64,000 nucleotides of DNA from Oligoflexia bacterium. GTDB lineage: Bacteria > Bdellovibrionota > UBA1018. Location of the stretch: contig CAIRTR010000126.1 in NCBI GenBank assembly GCA_903881565.1, positions 15,385-79,384 of the forward strand. The letters are read 5' to 3'. How positions within the stretch are numbered: position 1 is the first letter of the stretch; each line of letters begins with the position of its first letter. Under the pieces are notes generated by a model. That model saw only the letters and a list, made by a program, of their open reading frames with translations, did no database searches and was not told the origin of the DNA. The translations under genes were made by a program, and so were the position numbers. This document shows, in pieces, positions 9,488-18,835 of this stretch.

Positions 9488-10535
9488 CGCTCCTTTTGGA
9501 CTTTTCCCCGTCTCCATTCTAAAACCCTTAAAAGGCGCAGAAAATGGGATAAAGGAAAACATTCGAAGCTTCTTTGATCTCGATTACCCTCACTTTGAAC
9601 TTCTTTTTTCCATCGCAGAAAATTCTGACCCCGCAAAACATCTTGTCCGTGAACTGATACAGCAATACCCACACGTCAAAGCGAAACTTATCGTAGGCCA
9701 GATTGAAGCAGGCCCCAATCCTAAGGTAAATAACCTCATCAAAAGTTACGAGGCCGCAAGCCATGACCTCATCCTAATTAGTGATAGCAATATCCGCGTA
9801 GAAGCAAACTACCTCAAGCGCCTAGTCGCGCATCTGGATAACGGCGTGGGCGTGATCACGGCAATCGTTGCCGGACGCAATGCTGAGACGTTTGGAGGCA
9901 AACTCGAATCGACCTATCTCAATACTTTTTATGCGCGATGGATGGTTCTTGCCGCTAGATTTGGCAATCCCTGTGTGGTTGGTAAATCCATGCTCTTTAG
10001 TCGCAAAACGGCTGAGCGATTCGGGGGAATCAAAACCCTTGCTAGGTATCTTGCAGAGGATTACATGACGGGCGTTGCGATGTTAAGGCTTGGCCTGCGA
10101 GTCATCATCATGAGTGACCCAGTTCCCCAATTTATTGGGAGTTATCCCATGAGAGATTTTTGGAGTCGACATCTGCGCTGGGGGCGAATCCGAAAATCTC
10201 AAGCAGAGCTCGCTTTTGCTATCGAGCCGCTCTTTGGCTGCTTTGTATCTGGAATTGCAGGATCCTGGGCTACTTCACAACTATTCGATTGCAGCTGGGC
10301 CCCAGTCCTTTTCTTGCATCTTGTCTTCTGGTGCATCAACGATCTTATCCTCCAAATGCGCATTGGCAAGGAACTTAGCCTTTCAGCACCGCTCATGTGG
10401 CTCACTCGTGAAACTCTCTCCTTTCCGATGTGGCTTCATATTGCGCTTGGAAAAACGGTAATGTGGAGAGGGCGAAAATTGGTTTTGCAACCCGGTGGAC
10501 TTTTGGATCCCAAGTGGGGCCAAGCTGATGCGTGA
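9375..10535 (+). CDS. membrane GT2-family glycosyltransferase, like ceramide glucosyltransferase (GT21) or HpnI
   Basis: 386 aa. AGGAGG lies 7 nt upstream of the ATG at 9375. Has an N-terminal TM helix, a catalytic region ending in the RHLRWGRIR ((Q/R)xxRW) motif, and several C-terminal TM helices. Confidence 0.65.
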   Translation: MTTLALLMLLIWFVALTLTLYGTALTIRAMNCQPPHLDAPFGLFPVSILKPLKGAENGIKENIRSFFDLDYPHFELLFSIAENSDPAKHLVRELIQQYPHVKAKLIVGQIEAGPNPKVNNLIKSYEAASHDLILISDSNIRVEANYLKRLVAHLDNGVGVITAIVAGRNAETFGGKLESTYLNTFYARWMVLAARFGNPCVVGKSMLFSRKTAERFGGIKTLARYLAEDYMTGVAMLRLGLRVIIMSDPVPQFIGSYPMRDFWSRHLRWGRIRKSQAELAFAIEPLFGCFVSGIAGSWATSQLFDCSWAPVLFLHLVFWCINDLILQMRIGKELSLSAPLMWLTRETLSFPMWLHIALGKTVMWRGRKLVLQPGGLLDPKWGQADA

Positions 10536-11829
10536 ATTTCTCTGGGGAGCTGCTACGAGTAGTCACCAGATTGAAGGCTACAACGACAAAAATGATTGGT
10601 GGGAATGGGAATTAAAGGGCAACATCGAGGGCAATGCGAGATCGGGCGCTGCGACAGATCACCTGAATCGGTTTCGCGAGGACATAAAACTTGCCGCAGA
10701 CCTAGGACTAAACAGTTACCGCTTTTCAATCGAATGGTCACGACTGGAGCCCCAAGAAGGCCAATGGAGCGATGAGGCCTTTGGGTGGTACAAAGATCTG
10801 CTTTCGGAGTGTGAGAAGCATAAACTAAAGCCTATGCTCACGCTGCACCATTTTACTTCACCTAATTGGTTCGCAAAAAGGGGCGGATTCACAGCTCCTG
10901 ATGCGCCCAACTATTTTTGCGAATTTGTAAAACGAGTCATTCACGAATTAGGCCCCAGAATCCCACTATGGTGCACCTTTAATGAGCCCATGGTTTTACT
11001 AGTCGGTTCCTATTTGGGCAAATTCATGCCTCCTGCCGAGTTCTCACCTCTTAAGTTTTCACAGGCTTGCCAGGGCATCCTTAAATCCCATCAGCAAGCC
11101 TACGAACTCATTCACAACCAACCTCTTCGCAGCGGACCCTGGAAAGATAACCCGATCCAAGTTGGGATCGCGCATAACCTCATTGATTTTTATGCCGACC
11201 GCCACTGGCATCCTCTTGAGCTACTTTTTACCAAACTTCTTCGCAAGTTTTATAACCAAGCGTGGCTTGATGCGATCACAGGAGGAGCGATCAACTTTCG
11301 AATTCCCGGCTTCATCCCTGGCCCAAAACCTGCCGTGAGCATCACCCCAAAAGGATGTGCCGACTTTATTGGAATCAATTATTATACCAAGGCCTACGTC
11401 AAGTGGCGCCCCAGAGACAAAGCGGAGGGAATCTCGCCCGATTTTCCTGTAGGTATTGCATTTTCCAGAAGAAAAGAACCCACCTCAGAAGTGGGATGGG
11501 CAATACATCCCAAAGGACTGGGACGAATGCTTCGGTTTGCATCACACTACAAACTGCCAATCTACATCACTGAAAATGGAATTGCAGATAAGGTAGACAA
11601 AATGCGCGAAGCCTATCTCACATCACACTTAGCCCAGGTCACTCTCGCCATTGAAGGGGGAATTGATGTTCGGGGCTATTACCACTGGTCACTTCTGGAT
11701 AACTTCGAATGGATCAAGGGCTTTGGCCCGCGGTTTGGGCTGTACGAAGTCAACTATGAAACTTTTGAAAGAAAACTTCGAAACTCAGGCAAGTTTTTGA
11801 AGAAAACTATTCTTGAATCTTCGAAATAG
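10528..11829 (+). CDS. GH1 family beta-glucosidase
   Basis: The N-terminus MREFLWGAATSSHQIEG is present, with the acid/base motif TFNEP and the nucleophile motif ITENG. The ORF-track start at 10495 is probably too early. The ATG at 10528 overlaps the GT2 stop by 8 nt. Confidence 0.85.
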   Translation: MREFLWGAATSSHQIEGYNDKNDWWEWELKGNIEGNARSGAATDHLNRFREDIKLAADLGLNSYRFSIEWSRLEPQEGQWSDEAFGWYKDLLSECEKHKLKPMLTLHHFTSPNWFAKRGGFTAPDAPNYFCEFVKRVIHELGPRIPLWCTFNEPMVLLVGSYLGKFMPPAEFSPLKFSQACQGILKSHQQAYELIHNQPLRSGPWKDNPIQVGIAHNLIDFYADRHWHPLELLFTKLLRKFYNQAWLDAITGGAINFRIPGFIPGPKPAVSITPKGCADFIGINYYTKAYVKWRPRDKAEGISPDFPVGIAFSRRKEPTSEVGWAIHPKGLGRMLRFASHYKLPIYITENGIADKVDKMREAYLTSHLAQVTLAIEGGIDVRGYYHWSLLDNFEWIKGFGPRFGLYEVNYETFERKLRNSGKFLKKTILESSK

Positions 11830-11898
11830 ACGTCGAGCAAAACCAAAGCCTGTAAAGGCTTGCTGCGACAAATTTAGTCTGCTATCAAAGGTTTACCC

Positions 11899-13398
11899 AT
11901 GAGAATCGCAATCATCGACTTAGGCACCAATTCAGTTCGTTTCGACATTCATCAGCTGGGGCCCAAGAAGAAGTCGACTCGCCTCCTTCATCGTGAAAAA
12001 ATCATGATCCGACTGGGCCAGGGTGTTTTTACCAAGGGCCAGTTAGATCCGGCTGCGATCCATCGTACGACGCACGCTTTTTCAACGTTTAAGAAGATTT
12101 GCGATGAATTCTTGGTCAACCGCATTATCGCGCTCGGAACAAGTGCATTGCGCGAGGCCACCGATGCTCCGAAGCTTGTGGCCCATATTCGTAAATCAAC
12201 CGGGATCGACGTTCGAGTTATTTCAGGTTCTGAAGAGGCTAAACTCATTGCCCAGGGCATACTCGGAAATATGAAAATGAGAGCGGGCAAAACCGCCTTA
12301 ATTGACATTGGCGGCGGGAGCACAGAAGTCAGTATCATTCACAAAAAGAAGATCCTATTTTGCGAAAGTTTTCCATTAGGCACAGCACGTCTGCAGCAAG
12401 TTTTCCTGAAAGTCAGTCCTCCCCCGCCCGAAGCCATTGGCGAATTGCGCCAATTTATTCGAAATACCTTATTTTCGAAATTCTCTGGTGTACAAATACC
12501 CAAGGTTTCAAAATCCATTGGATCCAGTGGTACGATCAAGGCTTTGGCCCGCATTGAAAAAAAGACGACAGGAGCAAAAACCCTCAAAGCCAAAAACGTC
12601 CAAACTCAGGTCAAAAAAATAAGTCGCATGAACACGACCCAACTTTTGGAGTTGCCGGGACTTGAAGCGAAACGCGTTGACATGATTCTTGCCGGCACGA
12701 TTCTTCTCGAAGAATGTTTGGCGATCTTTGGAATAAAAGAAGTGCTCCCAACGGATTACTGCCTTCGAGATGGCATACTGCTTGAGCAAATTGAGTTGGC
12801 GAAACGCCATATGACCTCCCGCATCGCCTTGCACTTGCCGGATCTGATCGAAAAAGCGAGAAAACTCGGCGGAAAAGAGGCCAATCTAAAATGGGCCAGC
12901 GAGAATGCAAAACTGCTTTTTACTCGATTGCGTCCACTGCATAAACTTGATCAAAACTCGTGTCTCTACCTCCAGGCAGCTGCAGTGCTGCGCAACAGTG
13001 GAAAAGCCGTTTCGTTTGCGGGCCACCCAGAGCACTCCTACTACATCGTCAAGAATGCGAACTTCCCCTTTGTAGAGAGCTGGGAATCCGAACTTGTGGC
13101 GCAACTCTGCCGGCATCATGGCCACGCAAAAATTGAATCAAAAGCCATTCCCTTTGCTAGGGAGAAATCTCGAAGGAATACTTTCCTGAAACTTCTTGGA
13201 ATTTTGAGTTTGCTCGACACCCTAGACAGAGACCCTACCAACCCTCCCCAAATTAAGAGAGTTGTTGTAAAGAAACACGCAGTTCATGTCACATTTACAA
13301 AAGGCTCTCCCTCGAATCTTGAATTTTTTAGAGCCGAGAGCCGAAAACAACTTTTTCAACAGATTTTTGATCGCGAACTGGTCCTGGCTCGAAACTAA
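11899..13398 (+). CDS. ppx: exopolyphosphatase / pppGpp phosphohydrolase (Ppx/GppA family)
   Basis: 499 aa. N-terminal IAIIDLGTNSVRFDI and the ASKHA-fold motifs are present. Confidence 0.85.
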   Translation: MRIAIIDLGTNSVRFDIHQLGPKKKSTRLLHREKIMIRLGQGVFTKGQLDPAAIHRTTHAFSTFKKICDEFLVNRIIALGTSALREATDAPKLVAHIRKSTGIDVRVISGSEEAKLIAQGILGNMKMRAGKTALIDIGGGSTEVSIIHKKKILFCESFPLGTARLQQVFLKVSPPPPEAIGELRQFIRNTLFSKFSGVQIPKVSKSIGSSGTIKALARIEKKTTGAKTLKAKNVQTQVKKISRMNTTQLLELPGLEAKRVDMILAGTILLEECLAIFGIKEVLPTDYCLRDGILLEQIELAKRHMTSRIALHLPDLIEKARKLGGKEANLKWASENAKLLFTRLRPLHKLDQNSCLYLQAAAVLRNSGKAVSFAGHPEHSYYIVKNANFPFVESWESELVAQLCRHHGHAKIESKAIPFAREKSRRNTFLKLLGILSLLDTLDRDPTNPPQIKRVVVKKHAVHVTFTKGSPSNLEFFRAESRKQLFQQIFDRELVLARN

Positions 13399-13892
13399 AA
13401 CTTCTGAATAATTTCAGAAAGCTTGAGGAGATCTGCACCCCCCTCAAATCTCGCCCATGCGCCTTTTTTCAGCTCGACTCTCTCACCCGTTATTCGCTCC
13501 ATAAAAGCCGGGATCCAATCTCCATGAGAACATGCAACAACGACTTGCGCCCGAAAATTCTTAAACGCTTTTAAAAACTCATCCACCTTCTTGTCAATTG
13601 GCTCACCTTCACTCAGGCACTGCAGTTCTTTGATCCGCCCCCGATCGTCTGCCACAAACGGCAACAGCGTCTCAAGGCACCTCTTTTTTGGACTGCTTAG
13701 GAACAGGCAATCTTTCAAACTTGGAAATGTTGAATGAAAGTATTTCGCCGCCTTCAGCGCCTGCTTTCGCCCCTTTGCGCTTAGGCCGTTATCAAATGCA
13801 CTCCCCATCTCTTTATCGCGATGGGCATGTCGAACGATTATTAAGGTTCTATTTGATTTCAAGGGGCGTCCCCGCATATTCTTGCTCCGCAA
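13395..13892 (-). CDS. histidine-phosphatase superfamily protein, similar to the phosphohistidine phosphatase SixA
   Basis: 165 aa. Catalytic RHAHR(D) motif near the N-terminus. It overlaps ppx and ppk1 by a few nt at each end. Confidence 0.6.
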   Translation of the reverse strand: MRSKNMRGRPLKSNRTLIIVRHAHRDKEMGSAFDNGLSAKGRKQALKAAKYFHSTFPSLKDCLFLSSPKKRCLETLLPFVADDRGRIKELQCLSEGEPIDKKVDEFLKAFKNFRAQVVVACSHGDWIPAFMERITGERVELKKGAWARFEGGADLLKLSEIIQKF

Positions 13893-15975
13893 GTTCAGCG
13901 AAAAAAAACTGTGATCTCAAGGAACCCCCCGCCTGTTTTTGGTCAAGGGCACGCCAATGGCCATCAAAGCCTAGCTCCTTAGCCTTGACCCGATCATTCA
14001 TATAAGCAGGGAGCAATACCCCCGATATATAGCGATAAAGTCTTTCATCCAAAACGGGAAAAGCAAGCTCGAGTCTTGAAAAAAAGTTCCGAGGCATCCA
14101 ATCAGCGCTCGATAGGTAAAGTGCTTTTGAATTTTCAAAAAAATAAATTCGACTATGTTCTAAGAATCGATCCACGATACTCACGACACGAATATTCTCG
14201 CTTAACTTTTTCGCCCCAGGGACAAGGGCACAGGCTCCCCGAACGATCAGATCCACTTTAACCCCAGCTGATGACGCCTCATAGAGCTTCACAATCACTG
14301 CATGATCGACCAAAGTATTTACTTTTCCCACTATCCGGGCTGTTTTTCCCGCCTTTGCCGCAGTAATCTCCGCGTCGATTAATTGCAAAATTCTTCGATG
14401 AAGCTTAGCCGGAGCCGGCACAAGCCGTTTGAAAGTTTGGGGAACCTCCCCCTTTGCGACCGTATCGAAAAATTTGAGAGCGTCTTCGCCAATTTCGGGG
14501 TTAGCCGTTAAAATAGCAAGATCGGTATATTGTCTTGCGGTAATGGAGTTATAATTGCCCGTCGAAAGATGCGTGTAGAGCCTCACTCCACCTTCTTCTT
14601 TTCGTGAAACGAGAGCAATTTTGGCGTGAAGCTTAAGCTTTCCAAAGCCAAAAACGACTTCGATCCCCGCGTTTCGAAGCTCCTCGGCCAACCGTAAATT
14701 ATTGAGCTCATCAAACCGCGCCCGAAGTTCAATAACAACTCGAATCTTTTTACGCCCTGCCACTGACTTTAGCGCATCAATCACAGGAGACAACGCATCG
14801 ACTCGATAAACAGTTTGTTGAATCATACTCACGTCACTGTCCGCGCAAGCCTGACGAATCCAATTCACATAGGCATCAAACGAGTCATAGGGGTGATGCA
14901 AGAGCAGATCTCTCTTCTTAAGACTCTCAAATATTTTGTCATCAATGCGAAACTCTCTAGGCACCAGGCCCTTAATCGGAGCATGCAGTAATTCACGCTT
15001 CTTCAAGATCGATTCGGGAATCGTATTTAAAACAGACCAAAGTCCATTCAAACATAACGTTGCAGGCGTCTGAAAAATCTGCTGAGGACTCAGCCTCAGT
15101 GCCTTTTTCAAAAGCTCCTCAAAATGAGGAACCTTTACCCCTCGATGTTGAATTCGCACCGGACGACCTCGATCACGTTTTCTAAGACTGGAAAGCACCA
15201 CATCGGGAACGGATTCAGTGTCTTCCTCCTCAAGATCCACACTCAAGTCCGCATCGCGAGTAAACCGGAGAATTGAGATCTCCTCTTTTAGTCCAAAGGC
15301 TGCAGGAAGAAACTCCTGAAGTAAATGATCCAAAAAGAAAAAATAAACGCATGGTTCATTTTTGCTGTCACTACTCTGTGCCGTGAGAACACTTTTTAAC
15401 TTCTTAGGGATTCGAACAAACGAGCCAGCAGGAAAAACTGCTGCGAGCTGCAAATTATCAATCAATCCAATTTGCGCGGCACTCACCGCTTCTGGAGCGG
15501 ACAATTCGGGGAAAACGGTTTCGTAAAAGGCTTGTTTGGCCAAAGCGTAATAAGAATCAGTCTCACTGAGACTTGTCACAAAATGAAGGTGAAACCTGGA
15601 CAGCTCACGACTCAGGCTCTCAAGGGTTTGCGCTTGCTGCTGCTGAAACCGATTCATTTTGCCAAGAATGACCGAGCGAATGCGCCTAAGACGCCTCAGT
15701 TGCTTTTGTTCTCCGCGCCTAAGAGCGGTTGAAATGGAACGCCCCAGCGAGGCCATCCGGATCATAAAGAATTCGTCCAAGTTTGATGAAGTGATTGAAA
15801 GAAACTTCACCCGCTCAAGCAAAGGATTTTCTTTGAGGTTAGCCTCAGCCAAGACACGCGAATTAAACTCAAGCCAACTCAAATCCCTATGGATGAAGGG
15901 TTGAGCAGCATCAAGCAACATCGGCCGCAATTTGGGAGCAGGAGTAAACGAATCCATATCTGTACCGTGGCTCAT
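13849..15975 (-). CDS. ppk: polyphosphate kinase 1
   Basis: 708 aa. N-terminal RDLSWLEFNSRVLAEA, and two PLD-like HxK(x)4D regions (KLHAKIALV). Full-length PPK1 architecture. Confidence 0.9.
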   Translation of the reverse strand: MSHGTDMDSFTPAPKLRPMLLDAAQPFIHRDLSWLEFNSRVLAEANLKENPLLERVKFLSITSSNLDEFFMIRMASLGRSISTALRRGEQKQLRRLRRIRSVILGKMNRFQQQQAQTLESLSRELSRFHLHFVTSLSETDSYYALAKQAFYETVFPELSAPEAVSAAQIGLIDNLQLAAVFPAGSFVRIPKKLKSVLTAQSSDSKNEPCVYFFFLDHLLQEFLPAAFGLKEEISILRFTRDADLSVDLEEEDTESVPDVVLSSLRKRDRGRPVRIQHRGVKVPHFEELLKKALRLSPQQIFQTPATLCLNGLWSVLNTIPESILKKRELLHAPIKGLVPREFRIDDKIFESLKKRDLLLHHPYDSFDAYVNWIRQACADSDVSMIQQTVYRVDALSPVIDALKSVAGRKKIRVVIELRARFDELNNLRLAEELRNAGIEVVFGFGKLKLHAKIALVSRKEEGGVRLYTHLSTGNYNSITARQYTDLAILTANPEIGEDALKFFDTVAKGEVPQTFKRLVPAPAKLHRRILQLIDAEITAAKAGKTARIVGKVNTLVDHAVIVKLYEASSAGVKVDLIVRGACALVPGAKKLSENIRVVSIVDRFLEHSRIYFFENSKALYLSSADWMPRNFFSRLELAFPVLDERLYRYISGVLLPAYMNDRVKAKELGFDGHWRALDQKQAGGSLRSQFFFAELAEQEYAGTPLEIK

Positions 15976-16016
15976 TGAATCATAAGCGGGGTGTTTGCGC
16001 CATCTTTATACAAATT

Positions 16017-16072
16017 CCTAACCCAATCCTAACAAAGCAACTCTAGGAAAAATTCTTAACCAAGTCCTGACA
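16017..16072 (+). promoter_or_regulatory. Two candidate Pho boxes in the divergent ppk1 / PAP2 intergenic region
   Basis: CCTAACC-caat-CCTAACA at 16017-16034 and CTTAACC-aagt-CCTGACA at 16055-16072, each 7-4-7. The second pair ends 38 nt upstream of the PAP2 ATG. The first begins 42 nt from the ppk1 ATG on the opposite strand. Confidence 0.45.
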
Positions 16073-16109
16073 CTGAAACACAAATGATCTTGCTAAAATC
16101 TAACTCAAG

Positions 16110-16625
16110 ATGAGCGCAATAACCAGAACTCTTGAAAGCATTTTCTATCTCGATCAAATCAGCCTCCGGTGGATCGCCAGCCGAAGGCATCCCCTCACTG
16201 ATCGACTCATGCGAGGTTTTACTCATGCCGGAGACTGGCAAAGTTGGACGGTCCTCATTCTTGCATCCTTCCTAGCAGGTGAACCCTTTCGCCATATCGC
16301 AATTCAAATTACACCCAAACTTCTGCTCACCTTAGCCCTCTGTTACGCCATCAAGGCAATCTCAAGACGTCCAAGGCCTGTGAAATCAATGCAGGGGTTT
16401 TCTTCGCTACTTAAGGATCCCGACCCCTATTCTTTTCCCTCCTCGCACTCCGCTTGTGCGTGGCTCGTATGCATGAGCCTTGCCCTCATGTTTGGAGGAG
16501 GATGGAGTTTATTGTGCCTCTATGCAGCGGCTATCAGTTATTCGCGCGTTCATGTTGGTGCACATTACCCGCTTGATGTGCTGATCGGGAGCGCATTGGG
16601 AATCCTCATTGCTTCGATCTTTTAA
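16110..16625 (+). CDS. PAP2-family membrane phosphatase (undecaprenyl-diphosphatase / PgpB-like)
   Basis: 171 aa, multi-TM. Acid-phosphatase motifs KxxxxxRP (AISRRPRP), PSSHS and SRVHVGAHY are present. Confidence 0.7.
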   Translation: MSAITRTLESIFYLDQISLRWIASRRHPLTDRLMRGFTHAGDWQSWTVLILASFLAGEPFRHIAIQITPKLLLTLALCYAIKAISRRPRPVKSMQGFSSLLKDPDPYSFPSSHSACAWLVCMSLALMFGGGWSLLCLYAAAISYSRVHVGAHYPLDVLIGSALGILIASIF

Positions 16626-16747
16626 TCCGCATCCCACGTCAAAAATTCATCTACCCGATATCCATTCACGATCTATTCACATAAGCAAAGCCGTTCACTT
16701 GTAGCACCCCCATTATCTAGTAATTCTTCTTACAAAATTCATTGCCA

Positions 16748-16763
16748 CCCCCCCCCCCCGGGG
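16748..16763. repeat. Homopolymeric C12 tract followed by G4, about 60 nt upstream of the Cys-rich protein gene
   Basis: attgccaCCCCCCCCCCCCGGGGatt, seen directly. Length is in the range prone to slipped-strand variation. Confidence 0.85.
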
Positions 16764-16822
16764 ATTACCATTTAAACTCACCACGCATCCTATTTAACAA
16801 CAACTCTCAAGGAGGAGTACAA

Positions 16823-17194
16823 ATGTTCAAAAAGTGCATTCTATTAGTTGGATCAATTGCGTTTATTTTTCAGGTTCAAGCCTATGCCGGTGAATGTGTT
16901 CTCTCCATCACCCGCGATGCGTGCCCCGGAAAAGACAAAGAATCTTTTGCCAAGTGTGATGGCAAAGCATCCTGCGATGAATCCAAAAAAACCGGTAGTG
17001 CTGAGGCTTGCGCAAAAGAAGCCATAAAAGCATGCCAAAACAAGCGGCTTGATGTGACCAAAAACAAAACCATCACCGCAAAATTTGGTGGCGCAGCGGT
17101 CGAAGGTGGCAAGGACTTTTGTAAGGACAAAGTCGAAGGCCTCTTTGATCCCGAAAAAGACTTCCCTCATCGCGGCAAAGCTGACTGCAAGTAA
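16823..17194 (+). CDS. small secreted cysteine- and lysine-rich protein of unknown function
   Basis: The ORF-track ORF starts at 16742. GGAGGAG lies 6 nt upstream of the ATG at 16823. Signal peptide [22 protein letters not shown]. The mature protein is about 100 aa with roughly 9 Cys and no known domain. Confidence 0.5.
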   Translation: MFKKCILLVGSIAFIFQVQAYAGECVLSITRDACPGKDKESFAKCDGKASCDESKKTGSAEACAKEAIKACQNKRLDVTKNKTITAKFGGAAVEGGKDFCKDKVEGLFDPEKDFPHRGKADCK

Positions 17195-17226
17195 GAGCCT
17201 CATTAACTAAAGAAGGTGGAGACGAT

Positions 17227-18819
17227 ATGTTAGAAAAATTCGGAATCTGGTTGGATCGGTTTCCAATGAAATCGAAACTGGTCGCCTCCACCTCTTTGTT
17301 CCTTTTGACAACCGTGACGGTGGGTGTGGTGAGCCAGATCGTGATTCGCTCACTTACAAAGTCAGTCTATAGCCTTTCTTCCTCATCGGCCTCAGCCGAT
17401 TGGTTGTCCCAAGCTTCAATCACGAAGCCCGAGATAATTCAAAACCTCTGGATCGCGTCATTTGACTATGATGCGGGGAAAAAAACTTCGGCTTCATCCA
17501 TTAAGGACATTAAGACTTCGAGCGAAAACTTTGCAGACGCATTTCAAAAGTACGCCGTCGAAGCCCCCCTCAATCCCAAAGAAAAAGAATTGTACGATAA
17601 GCTAGAGAAGACCTGGGCCCCCATTAATCTCAAGATAAAGAACCTAACCGAGGCGCTCACCGAAGCCAAACTAAGCCGCGCGGAGATGAGTAAGCAAGTC
17701 GCCACCTTAAGTGACGAATGCCTTGGATTAAGCGATATCCTGTCGGAACTTGGGACGATCGTGAAGCAAAAGGGGACTGAGGCAGCGAATCAAGCTGCAG
17801 CACTTCAAAAGAAGAACTCGATCTTTGCCATCCTCATTGCAATCCTTGCCCTGGCCGTTGCAGCACTTTCATTTGGCATCGTTTCCAAGATTTCTCGCTG
17901 GCTGGGAGATATCGCAAAACGCCTTGTGCGTGAAGCCCAAGAAGTCGCCTCCGCATCAACCAGCATCTCGGCCTCAGCTGAAAAGCTTTCATCTGGCTCA
18001 ACTGAGCAAAGCGCAGCAGTTCAAGAAACGGTTTCGTCTCTTGAAGAAGTAGGCTCTATGATCGAGAAAAACGCTGATAACTCCAATCGCTCAAAAGAGC
18101 GCTCTGAGGAATGCTCTAAAGCTGCATGCCAAGGAAAAGTAGCCGTAGAAAAAGTCATTCTCGCGATGGACGAAATCAATCGAAGTAACAGCGAGATCAT
18201 TGAACAAGTCAAGAAGGGCAATCAAGAAATTTCAGACATCGTAAAGGTTATCGCTGAAATCGACACCAAGACCAAGGTCATCAACGACATCGTCTTCCAA
18301 ACCAAACTCCTGTCCTTCAACGCATCAGTTGAAGCAGCGAGAGCGGGAGATCACGGCAAGGGTTTCGCAGTCGTCGCTGAAGAAGTTGGGAAACTAGCCC
18401 AAATGAGCGGAAATGCCGCCAAAGACATTTCGGAAATGCTGGACGCCAGCATCAAGAAGGTTGAATCTATCGTTACGGGCAATCGTTCTAGAGTTGATCA
18501 ATTTATCGTTTTGGGACGCCAAAAAGTCGACGCGGGTATACAGACCGCAAAAGATTGCGGGAGTGTTCTTGAGAACATTGTCATGAATGTGGACGAGGTC
18601 AACAATATGATCTCGGAGATCGCGATCGCCACCAAAGAGCAGGCATTGGGCGTAGGTCAAATAAAGCAGGCCATGAATCAGATTGAGCAGGCAACCGTTC
18701 AGAGCGCTGATGTTTCACATCAGTCTGCAACAATGGCAAAACAACTGACCGGGCAATCGGAGAATTTGAAAACAATCGTTAGCGATTTAGAATCACTCGT
18801 TAACGGACAATCGGAATAA
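17227..18819 (+). CDS. methyl-accepting chemotaxis protein
   Basis: 530 aa. Has an N-terminal TM helix, a periplasmic region, a second TM helix, a HAMP-like region, and the highly conserved MCP signalling domain ([26 protein letters not shown]). Confidence 0.85.
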   Translation: MLEKFGIWLDRFPMKSKLVASTSLFLLTTVTVGVVSQIVIRSLTKSVYSLSSSSASADWLSQASITKPEIIQNLWIASFDYDAGKKTSASSIKDIKTSSENFADAFQKYAVEAPLNPKEKELYDKLEKTWAPINLKIKNLTEALTEAKLSRAEMSKQVATLSDECLGLSDILSELGTIVKQKGTEAANQAAALQKKNSIFAILIAILALAVAALSFGIVSKISRWLGDIAKRLVREAQEVASASTSISASAEKLSSGSTEQSAAVQETVSSLEEVGSMIEKNADNSNRSKERSEECSKAACQGKVAVEKVILAMDEINRSNSEIIEQVKKGNQEISDIVKVIAEIDTKTKVINDIVFQTKLLSFNASVEAARAGDHGKGFAVVAEEVGKLAQMSGNAAKDISEMLDASIKKVESIVTGNRSRVDQFIVLGRQKVDAGIQTAKDCGSVLENIVMNVDEVNNMISEIAIATKEQALGVGQIKQAMNQIEQATVQSADVSHQSATMAKQLTGQSENLKTIVSDLESLVNGQSE

Positions 18820-18835
18820 CGATCGCCTGGGGTTT

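Noticed and set aside
15404-15414. tRNA-like GGGATTCGAAC T-arm-like string
   Set aside because: It lies inside the ppk1 coding sequence with no surrounding cloverleaf complementarity. No tRNA gene was found anywhere in the window.
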